Positions 37,710-47,417 of a stretch of DNA of 64,000 bases are shown piece by piece. Each line of letters opens with the position of its first letter. Position 1 is the first letter of the stretch. A program made the translations under genes and the position numbers. The stretch covers positions 32,001 through 96,000 of the forward strand of contig CAVTMK010000001.1 of NCBI GenBank assembly GCA_963735805.1, in the 5' to 3' direction. The notes under the pieces were generated by a model. The model saw nothing but the letters and a program-made list of their open reading frames with translations, searched no databases and was not told the DNA's origin. The stretch is from an uncultured Verrucomicrobiae bacterium (lineage in GTDB: Bacteria > Verrucomicrobiota > Verrucomicrobiia > Chthoniobacterales > UBA10450).

Positions 37710-38033
37710 ATGGCAGAAGAGAATAAAGCAGAACAAAAAACGTCCACTACGGAAGACGCTCGCGACAAACTTGAGAGCAGTAAACAACATGCGCGCAGAG
37801 CAGCTGAAGACTTGAAATCAGCAGCAGGCGCGATTGCCGGAGAATACCGCGGCAAGGCAGAGCAGAAATGGGGCGAAGCACGCGGCAAAGCAGAACAAGC
37901 ATGGGGGGATGCGAGAGATCGTGCCCGCACATTCCAGGAAGACGCGGAACAATATGTGCGCGAAAATCCAACGAAGGCGATCTGTACAGCGCTTGGAATC
38001 GGGTTTGTCCTGGGTTTGATCTTCCGGCGTTAA
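37710..38033 (+). CDS. ElaB/YqjD/DUF883-like protein
   Basis: Charged helical body and C-terminal YVRENPTKAICTALGIGFVLGLIFRR. Confidence 0.85.
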   Translation: MAEENKAEQKTSTTEDARDKLESSKQHARRAAEDLKSAAGAIAGEYRGKAEQKWGEARGKAEQAWGDARDRARTFQEDAEQYVRENPTKAICTALGIGFVLGLIFRR

Positions 38034-38050
38034 CTCCGAAGCTTTCGGAG

Positions 38051-38479
38051 ATGATCAGCCAGAGCTCTCCGTCCCGCGATCCTGCCGGGCATGCTGGTTT
38101 GCTCCAGAATCTGCTTGCGCTTGCAAGCGCGCTTGCGGAATTTTTTGAAAGCCGCTTCATCCTTCTCGCGGAGGAATCGAAGGCAGCCGCAGTGCAGGTG
38201 CTGATATTGGCCGGTTGTTTGCTCTTCGCACTATTGCTCTGTGCGCTGGGTTATGTTTTCCTCATTACCGGGGCGGTTGCAGGTCTTGCCCATCTGCTTG
38301 GCATTTCATGGCCATGGGTCGCGTTAGGCACCGCTGTGCTTCATTTCATAATTGCGCTGGTATTGGTTTTGGTCGCGCGGAGCCGAATTACGAAACCGTT
38401 TTTTCGCGCCACCTTAGCTGAATTGAAGAAAGATCGTGAATGGCTGAGAAGTCTGGAGACAAATCAATCGACGAACTGA
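38051..38479 (+). CDS. YqjE-like membrane protein
   Basis: Two TM helices, FRATLAELKKDREWL; yqjD-yqjE-yqjK-like synteny. Confidence 0.8.
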   Translation: MISQSSPSRDPAGHAGLLQNLLALASALAEFFESRFILLAEESKAAAVQVLILAGCLLFALLLCALGYVFLITGAVAGLAHLLGISWPWVALGTAVLHFIIALVLVLVARSRITKPFFRATLAELKKDREWLRSLETNQSTN

Positions 38480-38823
38480 AAGCGGAAATCGAGCTTTCGC
38501 GGGAACGCGTCGGCCGGAACCTGTGCGGCTTGCGCCGTGAACTGGATTTTCCTGCGAAATTCCGCAGATCATTTAGAGAACAAACCGTTTCGTGGATCAC
38601 AGCCGCGGCTGCGGTTGGTGCTGTGATCGCCTTGGCGCCAATGCGGAGAAAGAAAATTTACGTCGATGCAAAAAGCAGCCGTAAATCGCAAAAGAAAATC
38701 CTCGAAACGGGCTTTGCGTTGGCTGCGTTGAAAGTCGTCGCCGGCCTGGCCAGGCCAGTAATAGTCGAGTTTATCAGAAATCGGCTAACGGATTTTGCCG
38801 CAAAACCACGCCGTAAAACATAA
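38440..38823 (+). CDS. Hypothetical protein (YqjK/DUF3618-like)
   Basis: ELKAEIELSRERV coiled coil plus TM; third gene of the cluster. Confidence 0.7.
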   Translation: MAEKSGDKSIDELKAEIELSRERVGRNLCGLRRELDFPAKFRRSFREQTVSWITAAAAVGAVIALAPMRRKKIYVDAKSSRKSQKKILETGFALAALKVVAGLARPVIVEFIRNRLTDFAAKPRRKT

Positions 38824-38904
38824 CGCTCGCGCATCGACCCTTTCTCAGAGGACACTCGTTTTAGGATTTACGCGCTCGGCGGGGCTGCGTAATTATTTCG
38901 GCAA

Positions 38905-40014
38905 ATGCCCATGATCGCCAAATCTCTGGACGCTCCTGTGAAATCGCAGTCGATGCGACACGTGGATGATTTTCTTGAAATCGGCCAGAAAGCGGGCGCC
39001 TCAGACGTCCATTTGGCTGTGAATGCACAGCCACGGTGGCGTTTGCACGGACGGCTGGAGCCAATCTGGGGCGAGGCACCGAGGCTGACCGCTGAGCAAA
39101 CCGAGGCTCTCGCTGACGCTTTCGTACCAGATGTCTATAAAAACGAACTCAATGCGCGGGGCGATTCCGATTTTGCGTACGAAAACGAGTTTGCCCGCTA
39201 CCGCACCAGCGTGGTTCGTCAGCGGCTTGGGATCGAGATTGTCTTCCGTGTGATCAACTCTCACGTCCGAACCATGGATGAATTAGGGCTACCCGAACGC
39301 CTCAAGTTACTCACTCGTTACCAGAACGGGCTCATCCTGGCTACTGGTTCGGTAGGAACGGGCAAATCGACAACTCTGGCGGCAATGGTCGAGCAGATAA
39401 ACATGGACCGCCGCGATCACATCATCACGTTGGAAGACCCCATCGAGTACATTTTGACCTCGAAAAACTGTCACGTTACTCAGCGAGAGATATTCACTCA
39501 CAGCGACTCTTTTGCCACAGCACTGCGCGCTTCACTTCGCGAGGATCCCGATGTGATTATGGTTGGAGAAATGCGTGATTTGGAAACGATTTCACTCGCT
39601 ATTACTGCCGCAGAGACCGGTCACCTTGTTCTGGCCACGCTGCACACCAGTAATGCTTCCCGCACGCTTGATCGATTACTTGATGTGTTCCCGCCACACC
39701 AACAGGAGCAAATCCGGGTGATGGTAAGCGAATCCCTGCGGGGAGTTATTAGTCACCAGCTGATCCCGCACGCAGATGGCACCGGACGCGTGCTGGCTTT
39801 GGAGATTCTTACCAACACACCTGCAGTGGCAAATGTTATTCGAGAAGCAAAGACCTACATGTTACCCGGCATCATCCAGACTGGTAAGAAACAAGGCATG
39901 CGTTTGATGGACGATACACTCATTGAACTGCACGAACGCGGGCTGATTAGCGCTCAGGAGGCTTACGAGCGCGCCGACCAAAAACAAATGGTGCGACAGC
40001 ACCTGAAAATTTGA
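38905..40014 (+). CDS. pilT: PilT-family type IV pilus retraction ATPase
   Basis: GASDVHL, TGSVGTGKSTT, EDPIE, LREDPD, GEMRD, TLHT, AVANVIRE. Confidence 0.9.
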   Translation: MPMIAKSLDAPVKSQSMRHVDDFLEIGQKAGASDVHLAVNAQPRWRLHGRLEPIWGEAPRLTAEQTEALADAFVPDVYKNELNARGDSDFAYENEFARYRTSVVRQRLGIEIVFRVINSHVRTMDELGLPERLKLLTRYQNGLILATGSVGTGKSTTLAAMVEQINMDRRDHIITLEDPIEYILTSKNCHVTQREIFTHSDSFATALRASLREDPDVIMVGEMRDLETISLAITAAETGHLVLATLHTSNASRTLDRLLDVFPPHQQEQIRVMVSESLRGVISHQLIPHADGTGRVLALEILTNTPAVANVIREAKTYMLPGIIQTGKKQGMRLMDDTLIELHERGLISAQEAYERADQKQMVRQHLKI

Positions 40015-40072
40015 CCACGAATTACACGGCTAACACGAAATGATTCATCAAGAGTAATCTGGTGGTTCTAAG

Positions 40073-41242
40073 ATGGCGTACCTGGATCAATTTCTAGCTG
40101 TGATTGTGAAGCACGGTGGGTCCGATCTGCACTTCGCTCAGGGGCAGCCTCCGAAAATGCGTGTGCATGGAGACATCATGCCCATTCGCGCCGAGTCGAT
40201 TTCACGTAAGGAAGCTGTACAGATGATGAGCGAAATTTGTGGTGCGCGTAACTGGGAAACCTTTGAACAACGCGGAGACCTGGATTTTGCCTATGAGATG
40301 GATGCAGCCTCTCGATTCCGGAGCAACTACTTCAAACAGTCGAACGGTTACGGTGCAACGTTTCGACTGATTCCCACCCGGATTGCCACACTCGAAGAAT
40401 TGGGGATTCCAGTAGTCGTGAAGGAATTTGCTAATTTGCGTGGCGGCCTTGTTCTAGTCACTGGTCCTACCGGATCTGGCAAAACCACCACGCAAGCTGC
40501 GCTCATCGACTACATCAATCAAAACTTTGCGAAACACGTGGTGACGATCGAGGAACCGATCGAGTTCGTGCATGACAACAAGAAGAGCACCATTACTCAG
40601 CGTGAAGTCCCGGCCAATTCCAGTTCGTTTGCTGCCGGGCTCAAAGCAGCGTTGCGCGAAGACACCGATATTGTCCTCGTAGGAGAAATGCGCGATCTCG
40701 AGACAGTCTCGCTTGCTCTTACCGCAGCTGAAACGGGTCTTCTTGTGTTCGGTACACTCCACACAAACAATGCGCGCAAAACGGTCGACCGTATGGTCGA
40801 CGTTTTCCCCGCCGACCGTCAACCTCAGGCGCGTGCCATGCTCGCGAACTCGCTCCGCGGTGTGGTTGCCCAATTACTTTTAAAACGAGCAGATCGACCG
40901 GGCCGAATTGCAGTGAACGAAATTCTGATCGCGAACGCTGCTGTTGCCGCGATAATTCGCGAAGGAGCAACGCAAAAGCTCCAGGACGTAATCGTTTCCG
41001 GCCGAGCGCAAGGGATGCAATTCATGGACGACGCCATCTGGGCGTTGCTTGAAAGAGGCATTGTCTCCGCTCACGAAGCTTTCATGAAAGCCATCGACAA
41101 AGGACGCTTTAGACCCTTTCTCTCGCCGGAAGAAGAAGCACTCGGCAACGCCGCTGGGGGGGCTGCTCAAACTGATGAAAAGAGACTTCCCGGCAGCTTT
41201 TCGAAAACGCCTGGCCCTCGCGCCCGGGCAGGAACGCGCTGA
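40073..41242 (+). CDS. pilT: Second PilT/PilU-family ATPase
   Basis: GSDLH, TGPTGSGKTTT, EEPIE, GEMRD, TLHT. Confidence 0.85.
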   Translation: MAYLDQFLAVIVKHGGSDLHFAQGQPPKMRVHGDIMPIRAESISRKEAVQMMSEICGARNWETFEQRGDLDFAYEMDAASRFRSNYFKQSNGYGATFRLIPTRIATLEELGIPVVVKEFANLRGGLVLVTGPTGSGKTTTQAALIDYINQNFAKHVVTIEEPIEFVHDNKKSTITQREVPANSSSFAAGLKAALREDTDIVLVGEMRDLETVSLALTAAETGLLVFGTLHTNNARKTVDRMVDVFPADRQPQARAMLANSLRGVVAQLLLKRADRPGRIAVNEILIANAAVAAIIREGATQKLQDVIVSGRAQGMQFMDDAIWALLERGIVSAHEAFMKAIDKGRFRPFLSPEEEALGNAAGGAAQTDEKRLPGSFSKTPGPRARAGTR

Positions 41243-41282
41243 AAAAAGCTGCAGTCGCCTGTGTACCACGTTGGGGCGGCCG

Positions 41283-42278
41283 TCAGGTCGCCTCCACCGC
41301 GAGGACCGCAGTGCCTTTCAGTCCGCCGGCGCGAAATCGATCAAGCGCGGTGTTGGCTTGCTCCAAATGGAACGTTTCGGTTTTCGTTTTAACTGGAACG
41401 CGTGGCGCGATAGCGAAAAATTCTTCGCCGTCCCGACGCGTCAAGTTTGCTACCGAGGTGATGACTCGTTCTTCCCAAAGATCTACGTAAGGAAACGAAG
41501 GGATATCGCTCATGTGAATTCCGCCGCAGACCACAATGCCGCCTTTGGCGAGCGCACGCAGCGCTGCAGGCACAAGCGAGCCGACCGAGGCAAAAATTAT
41601 GGCGGCATCTAGTTTTTCCGGCGGCATCTCGTCGGAACCGCCAGCCCAGACTGCGCCCAGTTCCTTGGCGTTCTTCTGCGTCCCGTGGTCTCCCGGTCGG
41701 GTAAACACGAAAAGATCGCGTCCTTCAAAAAGGGCGATCTGTGCGATCAGGTGCCCGGCATTACCAAAGCCATAAATGCCCAGTTTGCGCGCATCCCCGG
41801 TTTTGCGATAAGACCGATAACCAATCAGGCCCGCACAAAGGAGCGGCGCCACCTCGACATCGTTGTAGCTGTCGGGGAGATGAAAACAGAATCGCGCATC
41901 TGCGACTGTGAATTCCGCATAACCACCATCGATCGTATAGCCGGTGAAGCGCGCTCGATCGCACAGATTTTCTCGCTTCGACCGACAATAAGCGCAGTCG
42001 CCATCCGTCCAGCCAAGCCACGGAATACCAACACGGTCGCCGACTTTGAATTTCGAACTTACTTCGTCTCCGATCTCCTCGACACGCCCAACGATTTGAT
42101 GACCTGGTATGAGCGGCAATTTGGGATCCGGCAATTCACCATCGGCTACGTGAAGATCTGTCCTGCACACCGCGCAGGTTGCGATTCGCACAAGCAATTG
42201 TCCCTTGGCCGCCCTCGGTTTCTCTACGTCGCGGAGTTGGAGCGGCTGCCGCGGCTTATCCAGAACCATTGCGCGCAT
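41283..42278 (-). CDS. Zinc-dependent alcohol dehydrogenase
   Basis: CRTDLH, GHQIVG, CAYC..ENLC, APLLCAG, GFGNAG. Confidence 0.92.
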   Translation of the reverse strand: MRAMVLDKPRQPLQLRDVEKPRAAKGQLLVRIATCAVCRTDLHVADGELPDPKLPLIPGHQIVGRVEEIGDEVSSKFKVGDRVGIPWLGWTDGDCAYCRSKRENLCDRARFTGYTIDGGYAEFTVADARFCFHLPDSYNDVEVAPLLCAGLIGYRSYRKTGDARKLGIYGFGNAGHLIAQIALFEGRDLFVFTRPGDHGTQKNAKELGAVWAGGSDEMPPEKLDAAIIFASVGSLVPAALRALAKGGIVVCGGIHMSDIPSFPYVDLWEERVITSVANLTRRDGEEFFAIAPRVPVKTKTETFHLEQANTALDRFRAGGLKGTAVLAVEAT

Positions 42279-42318
42279 GGGCTTCGCCTCGCTTAAGCGT
42301 TAAAAGTTAAGTGGTAGA

Positions 42319-45300
42319 TTAATGGACGCCGGCTGGTTCGGGTTGCATTTCGCCCCTCGCAGGTTCGCCTTCGTGATGGGTGTGCGCGCTGCGAAGGAAT
42401 GGCACCTTATCCAGCACGTGCTCCTGGAACCATTCAAGCCACAGATAGATGACCGGCGTCACAAACAGTGTAATCAGCTGGGAGAAAATCAGACCGCCGA
42501 CGATCACCAGACCGAGCGGGCGGCGAGATGCGGCGTCCTGGCCGAACCCGAGCGCGATGGGGATTGCGCCCATGAGCGCGGCAAGCGTGGTCATCATAAT
42601 AGGCCGAAACCGTTCCATACTGGCTTCATGAATCGCTGAGCGCAGGTCCCAGCCTTCGTCGATTCGTTGCAGGGCAAAATCGACAACCATAATACCATTC
42701 TTCTTCACAATGCCTAACAACAGGAAGAGGCCAATCACGCTGTAAAGCGAGAGGACTGAGTGAAAGAGATACAATGTGGCCAACCCGCCTACTACTGCGG
42801 GCACGATCGCCGGAAACAAGACTGTGAATGGATGCACGTAGCTTTCGTAAAGAATTCCCAGAATGACGTACATAACAAAGACCGCAGCGAGCAGAAGCAT
42901 GGGCAGAGAGCGGAACAGTTGCTGGAACACCAGTGTTTCTCCCTGGAAGATACCTTGCACGGTCGGATAATTTGGATGGATTTGCGCGAAGGCGTCCTCG
43001 ATGAACTTGGTGGCATCGCCGATCGCGACGTCTGGCAACAGATTGAAGTTGAATGTGACACTGGTGAACTGGTTTAAGTGGTTCACCGCCTGCGGACCGA
43101 TAACTTCCTTTGTCGATGTTACAACACGCATCGGGACCAGGCTAGACATATTGCCTGTTGTTGTCGCTATTGTTCCCCCACCCGAGCCGCTTGCGCTGAA
43201 ATTGCCGCTGGTGCTGCTGCGTACGTAGAGATCGCCCAAGTCGTCAGGGTGCGCCCGCTCCTTGTCTTTCACTTCGAGAATGACCTGGTATTGGTCGTCA
43301 GGTTCCTTGATGAGATAGACGTAGTTTTGCGAGTAAGCGTTGCGCATCAGACTTTGGATCGCAGAAGTAGAAACACCGTAGGTTGCGGCGCGATCCCTGT
43401 TGATGTCGATCCTAAGATTTGGCGTGTCGTGGTAGTAATCCGAGCGGACACTGGCAAATCCTTTAAACTGTTGCAGCTTTTCCATCAGTTGATCGGCAAC
43501 CGCATAGACATCCTGCGGCACGATGCCGCTAATCGTGTAGGCGTACTGCCCCTGTGTCTGACTCGTGGCACCGACACTGATTTGCAGGACAGGGCTGGGC
43601 GTTAACACGGCTGCGATGCCGGGAATAGAACCAAGAGATTTTTGGAGTCGCAAAATGATTTGATCGACGGGGGGACGCTCGCTACGCGGTTTTAGAAAAA
43701 GAAACAGGAGTCCCTGCGATAACGCCGTGCGCGAGGAAAAACCAGCGAGAGTGAAAAATTGCCCGACGGCTGGATCCTCTTGGATTTTCTTGTTGACCTC
43801 CGATTGATACGCTCGCATCTGGGCGGGTGATGAGCCTTCCTTGGCGATGAATACGCCGCGAATGAAACCGCTATCGCCCGGTGGCAGTAACGTAAACGGT
43901 AAATGAGTGAAGAAGAACCACAGACCAAGAATACAGGCGAGCACGATCGGCACAGTGAGCCACGCGCGATCGAGAAACCAATCGAGAGCGCGACCGTAAA
44001 CAGCGATCACGCCTTTGATGAAATTGCTGGTGTGCCGTTCCATCCAGGCGCGTTTGTGGCCAGCTTTGCGCTCTCCCAAAATACGCGCGCACATCAGTGG
44101 CGTGAGCGTTAACGAGACAAGCCCCGACGCAAGAATCGCCACGATAATCGTGACGGAGAATTCGCGGAAAATGCGGCCGAGCAGTCCGGGGATGAAAACG
44201 AGCGGAATGAAAACCGCTGCGAGCGAAAGGGTCATCGACAGAATTGTGAAGGAAATTTCGCCGGCGCTGTTGAATGTCGCTTTAAGGATGGACTCACCGT
44301 GCTCGGCCCGGCGAACTACGTTTTCCAAAAAAACAATTGCGTCATCGACAAGGAAGCCGATGGCCAGCGTCAGAGCCATCAACGTGAGATTATTGATGGA
44401 AAAATTGAGCATGTACATCACGGCCACGGTGAGCAGCAACGACATCGGCAGCGCCACGGCCGGGATCAGCGTATCCGTCGCACGTCCAAGAAAAACGTAA
44501 ATGACTCCCACAACCAGTACGAATGCGATTATCAGAGTCCATTTCACTTCGTCAGCGGAATTGACGATGGTTTGTGACCGGTCGAACACCGGCGTGAATG
44601 TGATCGAGCCCGGCAGGCTCGCGCGCAACTCAGGGAATAGGGCTTTCACTGAGCTGGCAACCTCTACTGCGTTGGCGCCTGCCTGGCGAGAAACCGCAAG
44701 TACAACCACAGAGCCGGGCGGCTTCAAACCGCGCACCCAGAAAAAGCGCGAGATGCGCTCGTCCTGTACGCTTTGGCGCACATCAGCGACGTCGCGGAGG
44801 TAGACGGGCGAGCCGTTTGGGTTGCGCGCCACGATCAACTCGCGATAACCCTCAGCCTGATCGATTTGTCCATTAGGCTGCAGCACAAAGGTACGATGCG
44901 CGCCGTCGAATTGGCCCGCTCCGGAATAAACAGTTCCCGATTTAATCCCACTGGCCAGATCGTCCATGGTCAGGCCCCGCGCAGCCAGTGCCGATGGGTC
45001 AGCCTTGACCCGAATCGCACCTTGCACACCGTAAATGTTCACTTGCGAAACCCCTGGAAGAATGTTGATGCGCTGCGCGACTGCGGTGGACGCGTACTTA
45101 TACAGGTCCCAATCCGTCAGCGTGTCTGACATCAAGGCTAACAAGTAAACGGACTGATCGTTCGGGTTCGTTTTGGTGAACGTAGGAGGACTCGGCAGAT
45201 CGAGTGGTAACTTGCCTGTGGCACGCTGGATAGCGGCCTGAACATCGGTCGCGGCGTCGACGATGCTCTTGCTCAGAATGAACTGCAACGTGAACGATGT

Positions 45301-45690
45301 GTTGCCCTGCGTGCTATTGCTGGTGATAATATCGAGCCCGGGAATTTGCAGAAATTGTTTTTCCAGCGGCGTGGCGATGTTGTTGGCCATCGTCGTAGGG
45401 TCCGCACCCGGATAAGAACAGGTGACTTGAATGACCGGGTAATCAACGGCAGGTAGATCGTTGACAGCAAGCTTCCCGTAAGTCGCCAGACCGGCGACGA
45501 TCACGGACAACGTCAGTAGCACGGTCATCACGGGCCGACGAATGAACGGCCCGGAGAGCCCTGAGCCTTCGACCGGGACTAACTTTGCCGTCGACTCAGG
45601 CAAGTCCTGGGCAAACGACCTCGATCCAAGCCGCTCCTTATCTTTTACTTCGCGGTCGCCGTCATGGTGGTCCGCATCATTCATTATCAC
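42319..45690 (-). CDS. RND efflux permease (MdtB/MdtC-like)
   Basis: PFIRRPVMT, LPAVDYP, GFLVDDAIV, GIVKKNGIM, RFRPIMMTT. Confidence 0.93.
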   Translation of the reverse strand: MIMNDADHHDGDREVKDKERLGSRSFAQDLPESTAKLVPVEGSGLSGPFIRRPVMTVLLTLSVIVAGLATYGKLAVNDLPAVDYPVIQVTCSYPGADPTTMANNIATPLEKQFLQIPGLDIITSNSTQGNTSFTLQFILSKSIVDAATDVQAAIQRATGKLPLDLPSPPTFTKTNPNDQSVYLLALMSDTLTDWDLYKYASTAVAQRINILPGVSQVNIYGVQGAIRVKADPSALAARGLTMDDLASGIKSGTVYSGAGQFDGAHRTFVLQPNGQIDQAEGYRELIVARNPNGSPVYLRDVADVRQSVQDERISRFFWVRGLKPPGSVVVLAVSRQAGANAVEVASSVKALFPELRASLPGSITFTPVFDRSQTIVNSADEVKWTLIIAFVLVVGVIYVFLGRATDTLIPAVALPMSLLLTVAVMYMLNFSINNLTLMALTLAIGFLVDDAIVFLENVVRRAEHGESILKATFNSAGEISFTILSMTLSLAAVFIPLVFIPGLLGRIFREFSVTIIVAILASGLVSLTLTPLMCARILGERKAGHKRAWMERHTSNFIKGVIAVYGRALDWFLDRAWLTVPIVLACILGLWFFFTHLPFTLLPPGDSGFIRGVFIAKEGSSPAQMRAYQSEVNKKIQEDPAVGQFFTLAGFSSRTALSQGLLFLFLKPRSERPPVDQIILRLQKSLGSIPGIAAVLTPSPVLQISVGATSQTQGQYAYTISGIVPQDVYAVADQLMEKLQQFKGFASVRSDYYHDTPNLRIDINRDRAATYGVSTSAIQSLMRNAYSQNYVYLIKEPDDQYQVILEVKDKERAHPDDLGDLYVRSSTSGNFSASGSGGGTIATTTGNMSSLVPMRVVTSTKEVIGPQAVNHLNQFTSVTFNFNLLPDVAIGDATKFIEDAFAQIHPNYPTVQGIFQGETLVFQQLFRSLPMLLLAAVFVMYVILGILYESYVHPFTVLFPAIVPAVVGGLATLYLFHSVLSLYSVIGLFLLLGIVKKNGIMVVDFALQRIDEGWDLRSAIHEASMERFRPIMMTTLAALMGAIPIALGFGQDAASRRPLGLVIVGGLIFSQLITLFVTPVIYLWLEWFQEHVLDKVPFLRSAHTHHEGEPARGEMQPEPAGVH

Positions 45691-46886
45691 AGTGCGCTTT
45701 CTGAAACGGTCGAGTCCTGAGTCTTGTCGGAGTTTTGAGAAACGTACGGCTGGGGTGCTACTTTCGCTCCTGGCGAAAGCGCAAGCTGCCCAGTCACGAC
45801 CACAGTCTCGTCGGGTTTCACTCCCTCGACCACAGTAAGGTCGCCTTCCTGCCGTTGGCCGGGCTTCACGCGACGAAGATCGACAGTGTTGTCGGGTTTC
45901 ACCACAAACACAAACGGCCCACTCTGGCTAACCTGGACGGCCTGCGACGGAACAAGCGCCGCATTCTTGAGTATGTCCAGGATGAAACGGACCCGCACAA
46001 ATTCCGAGGGCCAGAGCGCGCGGTCAGGATTCGGCGTGACACCGCGGGCTTTCACCGTTCCAGAGCCCGGCTGCACTGCGTTGTCGATGAAGTAAAGACC
46101 GCCCAAACGTGGCTTGATTGAACCATCCGGGAGGTAGGTCTGCACTTTGACGTTCGGACCCCCGAGATACTTTCGCACCAACGGAAGATCGTTCTCAGCC
46201 ACAGTGAAATCAGTGTAAATCGGGTCTAAACCTAGAATGGTGACCAACGGCGTAGTCGAGGGTCCAACCAGATTGCCAACGTCAACGTTCCGCAGACCGA
46301 CGCGTCCGTTGATTGGGGATTTGATATAGCAAAAATCAACATTTACCTGGGCAGCTTCCACGGCAGCCTGCGATTTCTGCGCGTTCGCCACAGCAGTGTC
46401 GTAGTCCTGCTGTGATATGACTTTTCTAGCGCGCAGGTCTTCTTGCCGTTTCAAGTTCACCTGATCTAACGCGGCTTGCGCTTTGTCCTGGTCGAGGACC
46501 GCTTGAAACGGACGCGGATCAATCGTGAAGAGGGGATCGCCCTTTTTCACATCCGCGCCGTCTTGAAAATCGCGTGTGATGATTTGCCCGTTCACCTGCG
46601 CCTGGACCAGCACCGTTTCGTAAGCCGCGCACGTGCCGATTTCATCGAGGTAAAGTGGCACATCTTTAGTGACAACTTTGGCAACCGTCACAGGACGCAC
46701 CACAGGTTGCGCCGCTTTTGACATATCGACCCCTCGCTGAAAACTGCGAAGCAGAACTAAAACGGCCAATATGGCAAAAAGCACGTAGGCCCACCGCGGA
46801 ACGGACTGCGCTCCTTTCCGTCGAACCTTTGTTATCTGAGGCGCTTTATTCACCACGCGACGCTCTTCTTCTTGCACAATGTTCAT
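45687..46886 (-). CDS. RND periplasmic adaptor (MdtA-like)
   Basis: IKSPINGRVGLRNVDVGN, FIDNAV; ATGA overlap with marR. Confidence 0.9.
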   Translation of the reverse strand: MNIVQEEERRVVNKAPQITKVRRKGAQSVPRWAYVLFAILAVLVLLRSFQRGVDMSKAAQPVVRPVTVAKVVTKDVPLYLDEIGTCAAYETVLVQAQVNGQIITRDFQDGADVKKGDPLFTIDPRPFQAVLDQDKAQAALDQVNLKRQEDLRARKVISQQDYDTAVANAQKSQAAVEAAQVNVDFCYIKSPINGRVGLRNVDVGNLVGPSTTPLVTILGLDPIYTDFTVAENDLPLVRKYLGGPNVKVQTYLPDGSIKPRLGGLYFIDNAVQPGSGTVKARGVTPNPDRALWPSEFVRVRFILDILKNAALVPSQAVQVSQSGPFVFVVKPDNTVDLRRVKPGQRQEGDLTVVEGVKPDETVVVTGQLALSPGAKVAPQPYVSQNSDKTQDSTVSESAL

Positions 46887-47353
46887 TTTCTTACCGTTGA
46901 CCGGAATTTCAGTACCCCGTTTCCGTTTTTCCCTTCTGCCTTTTCGCAAATCTGCGTGAGCACGCGCACACAAGTACGCAAGTCCGCCGCCGAAACATTT
47001 TCCAGTAATTCGTGGCGAAGTTTTTCGGCGGCTGCGTTGATTTGGGAAATCACCCGCTGAGCGCGCCGGCCAAGGAACACCATTTTGCAGCGACGATCGT
47101 GCGATGAATTCCTGCGGTTAATCCAACCCTCGTTCTCCAGACGATGCAACAGCGTCACCAATGACGGCGCCTCGATCCCAAGCCTCTCCGCTATTTCGGC
47201 CTGTGTAAGAGCATCTCCTGCCAGTGAGAGATGCAGCAGCGTGCGCCACTTTGCCTGGCTCAGGCCCATTGGCTTCAGTCGTTCGTCCAACTTTAGTCGC
47301 CAGGCACGAGCGGTTCCATGGAGCAATGGCCCTAATGATTCATCATCGGACAT
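46883..47353 (-). CDS. MarR/SlyA-like regulator
   Basis: ARAWR, GLSQAKWRTL, QAEIAERLGIEAPSLVTLLHRLE, DRR. Confidence 0.93.
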   Translation of the reverse strand: MSDDESLGPLLHGTARAWRLKLDERLKPMGLSQAKWRTLLHLSLAGDALTQAEIAERLGIEAPSLVTLLHRLENEGWINRRNSSHDRRCKMVFLGRRAQRVISQINAAAEKLRHELLENVSAADLRTCVRVLTQICEKAEGKNGNGVLKFRSTVRK

Positions 47354-47366
47354 GTGACGTAGATCA

Positions 47367-47390
47367 AATTGGTTAGCATGCTAACCAATT
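47367..47390. promoter_or_regulatory. MarR/SlyA operator, perfect 24-bp palindrome
   Basis: AATTGGTTAGCATGCTAACCAATT; the core TTAGCATGCTAA resembles the SlyA box TTAGCAAGCTAA. Confidence 0.82.
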
Positions 47391-47417
47391 CCAATCTGCC
47401 AGCCTGTCAATGTTCAT

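Noticed and set aside
38051..38479. Phage holin
   Set aside because: It sits in a chromosomal yqjD/E/K-like cluster with no endolysin.
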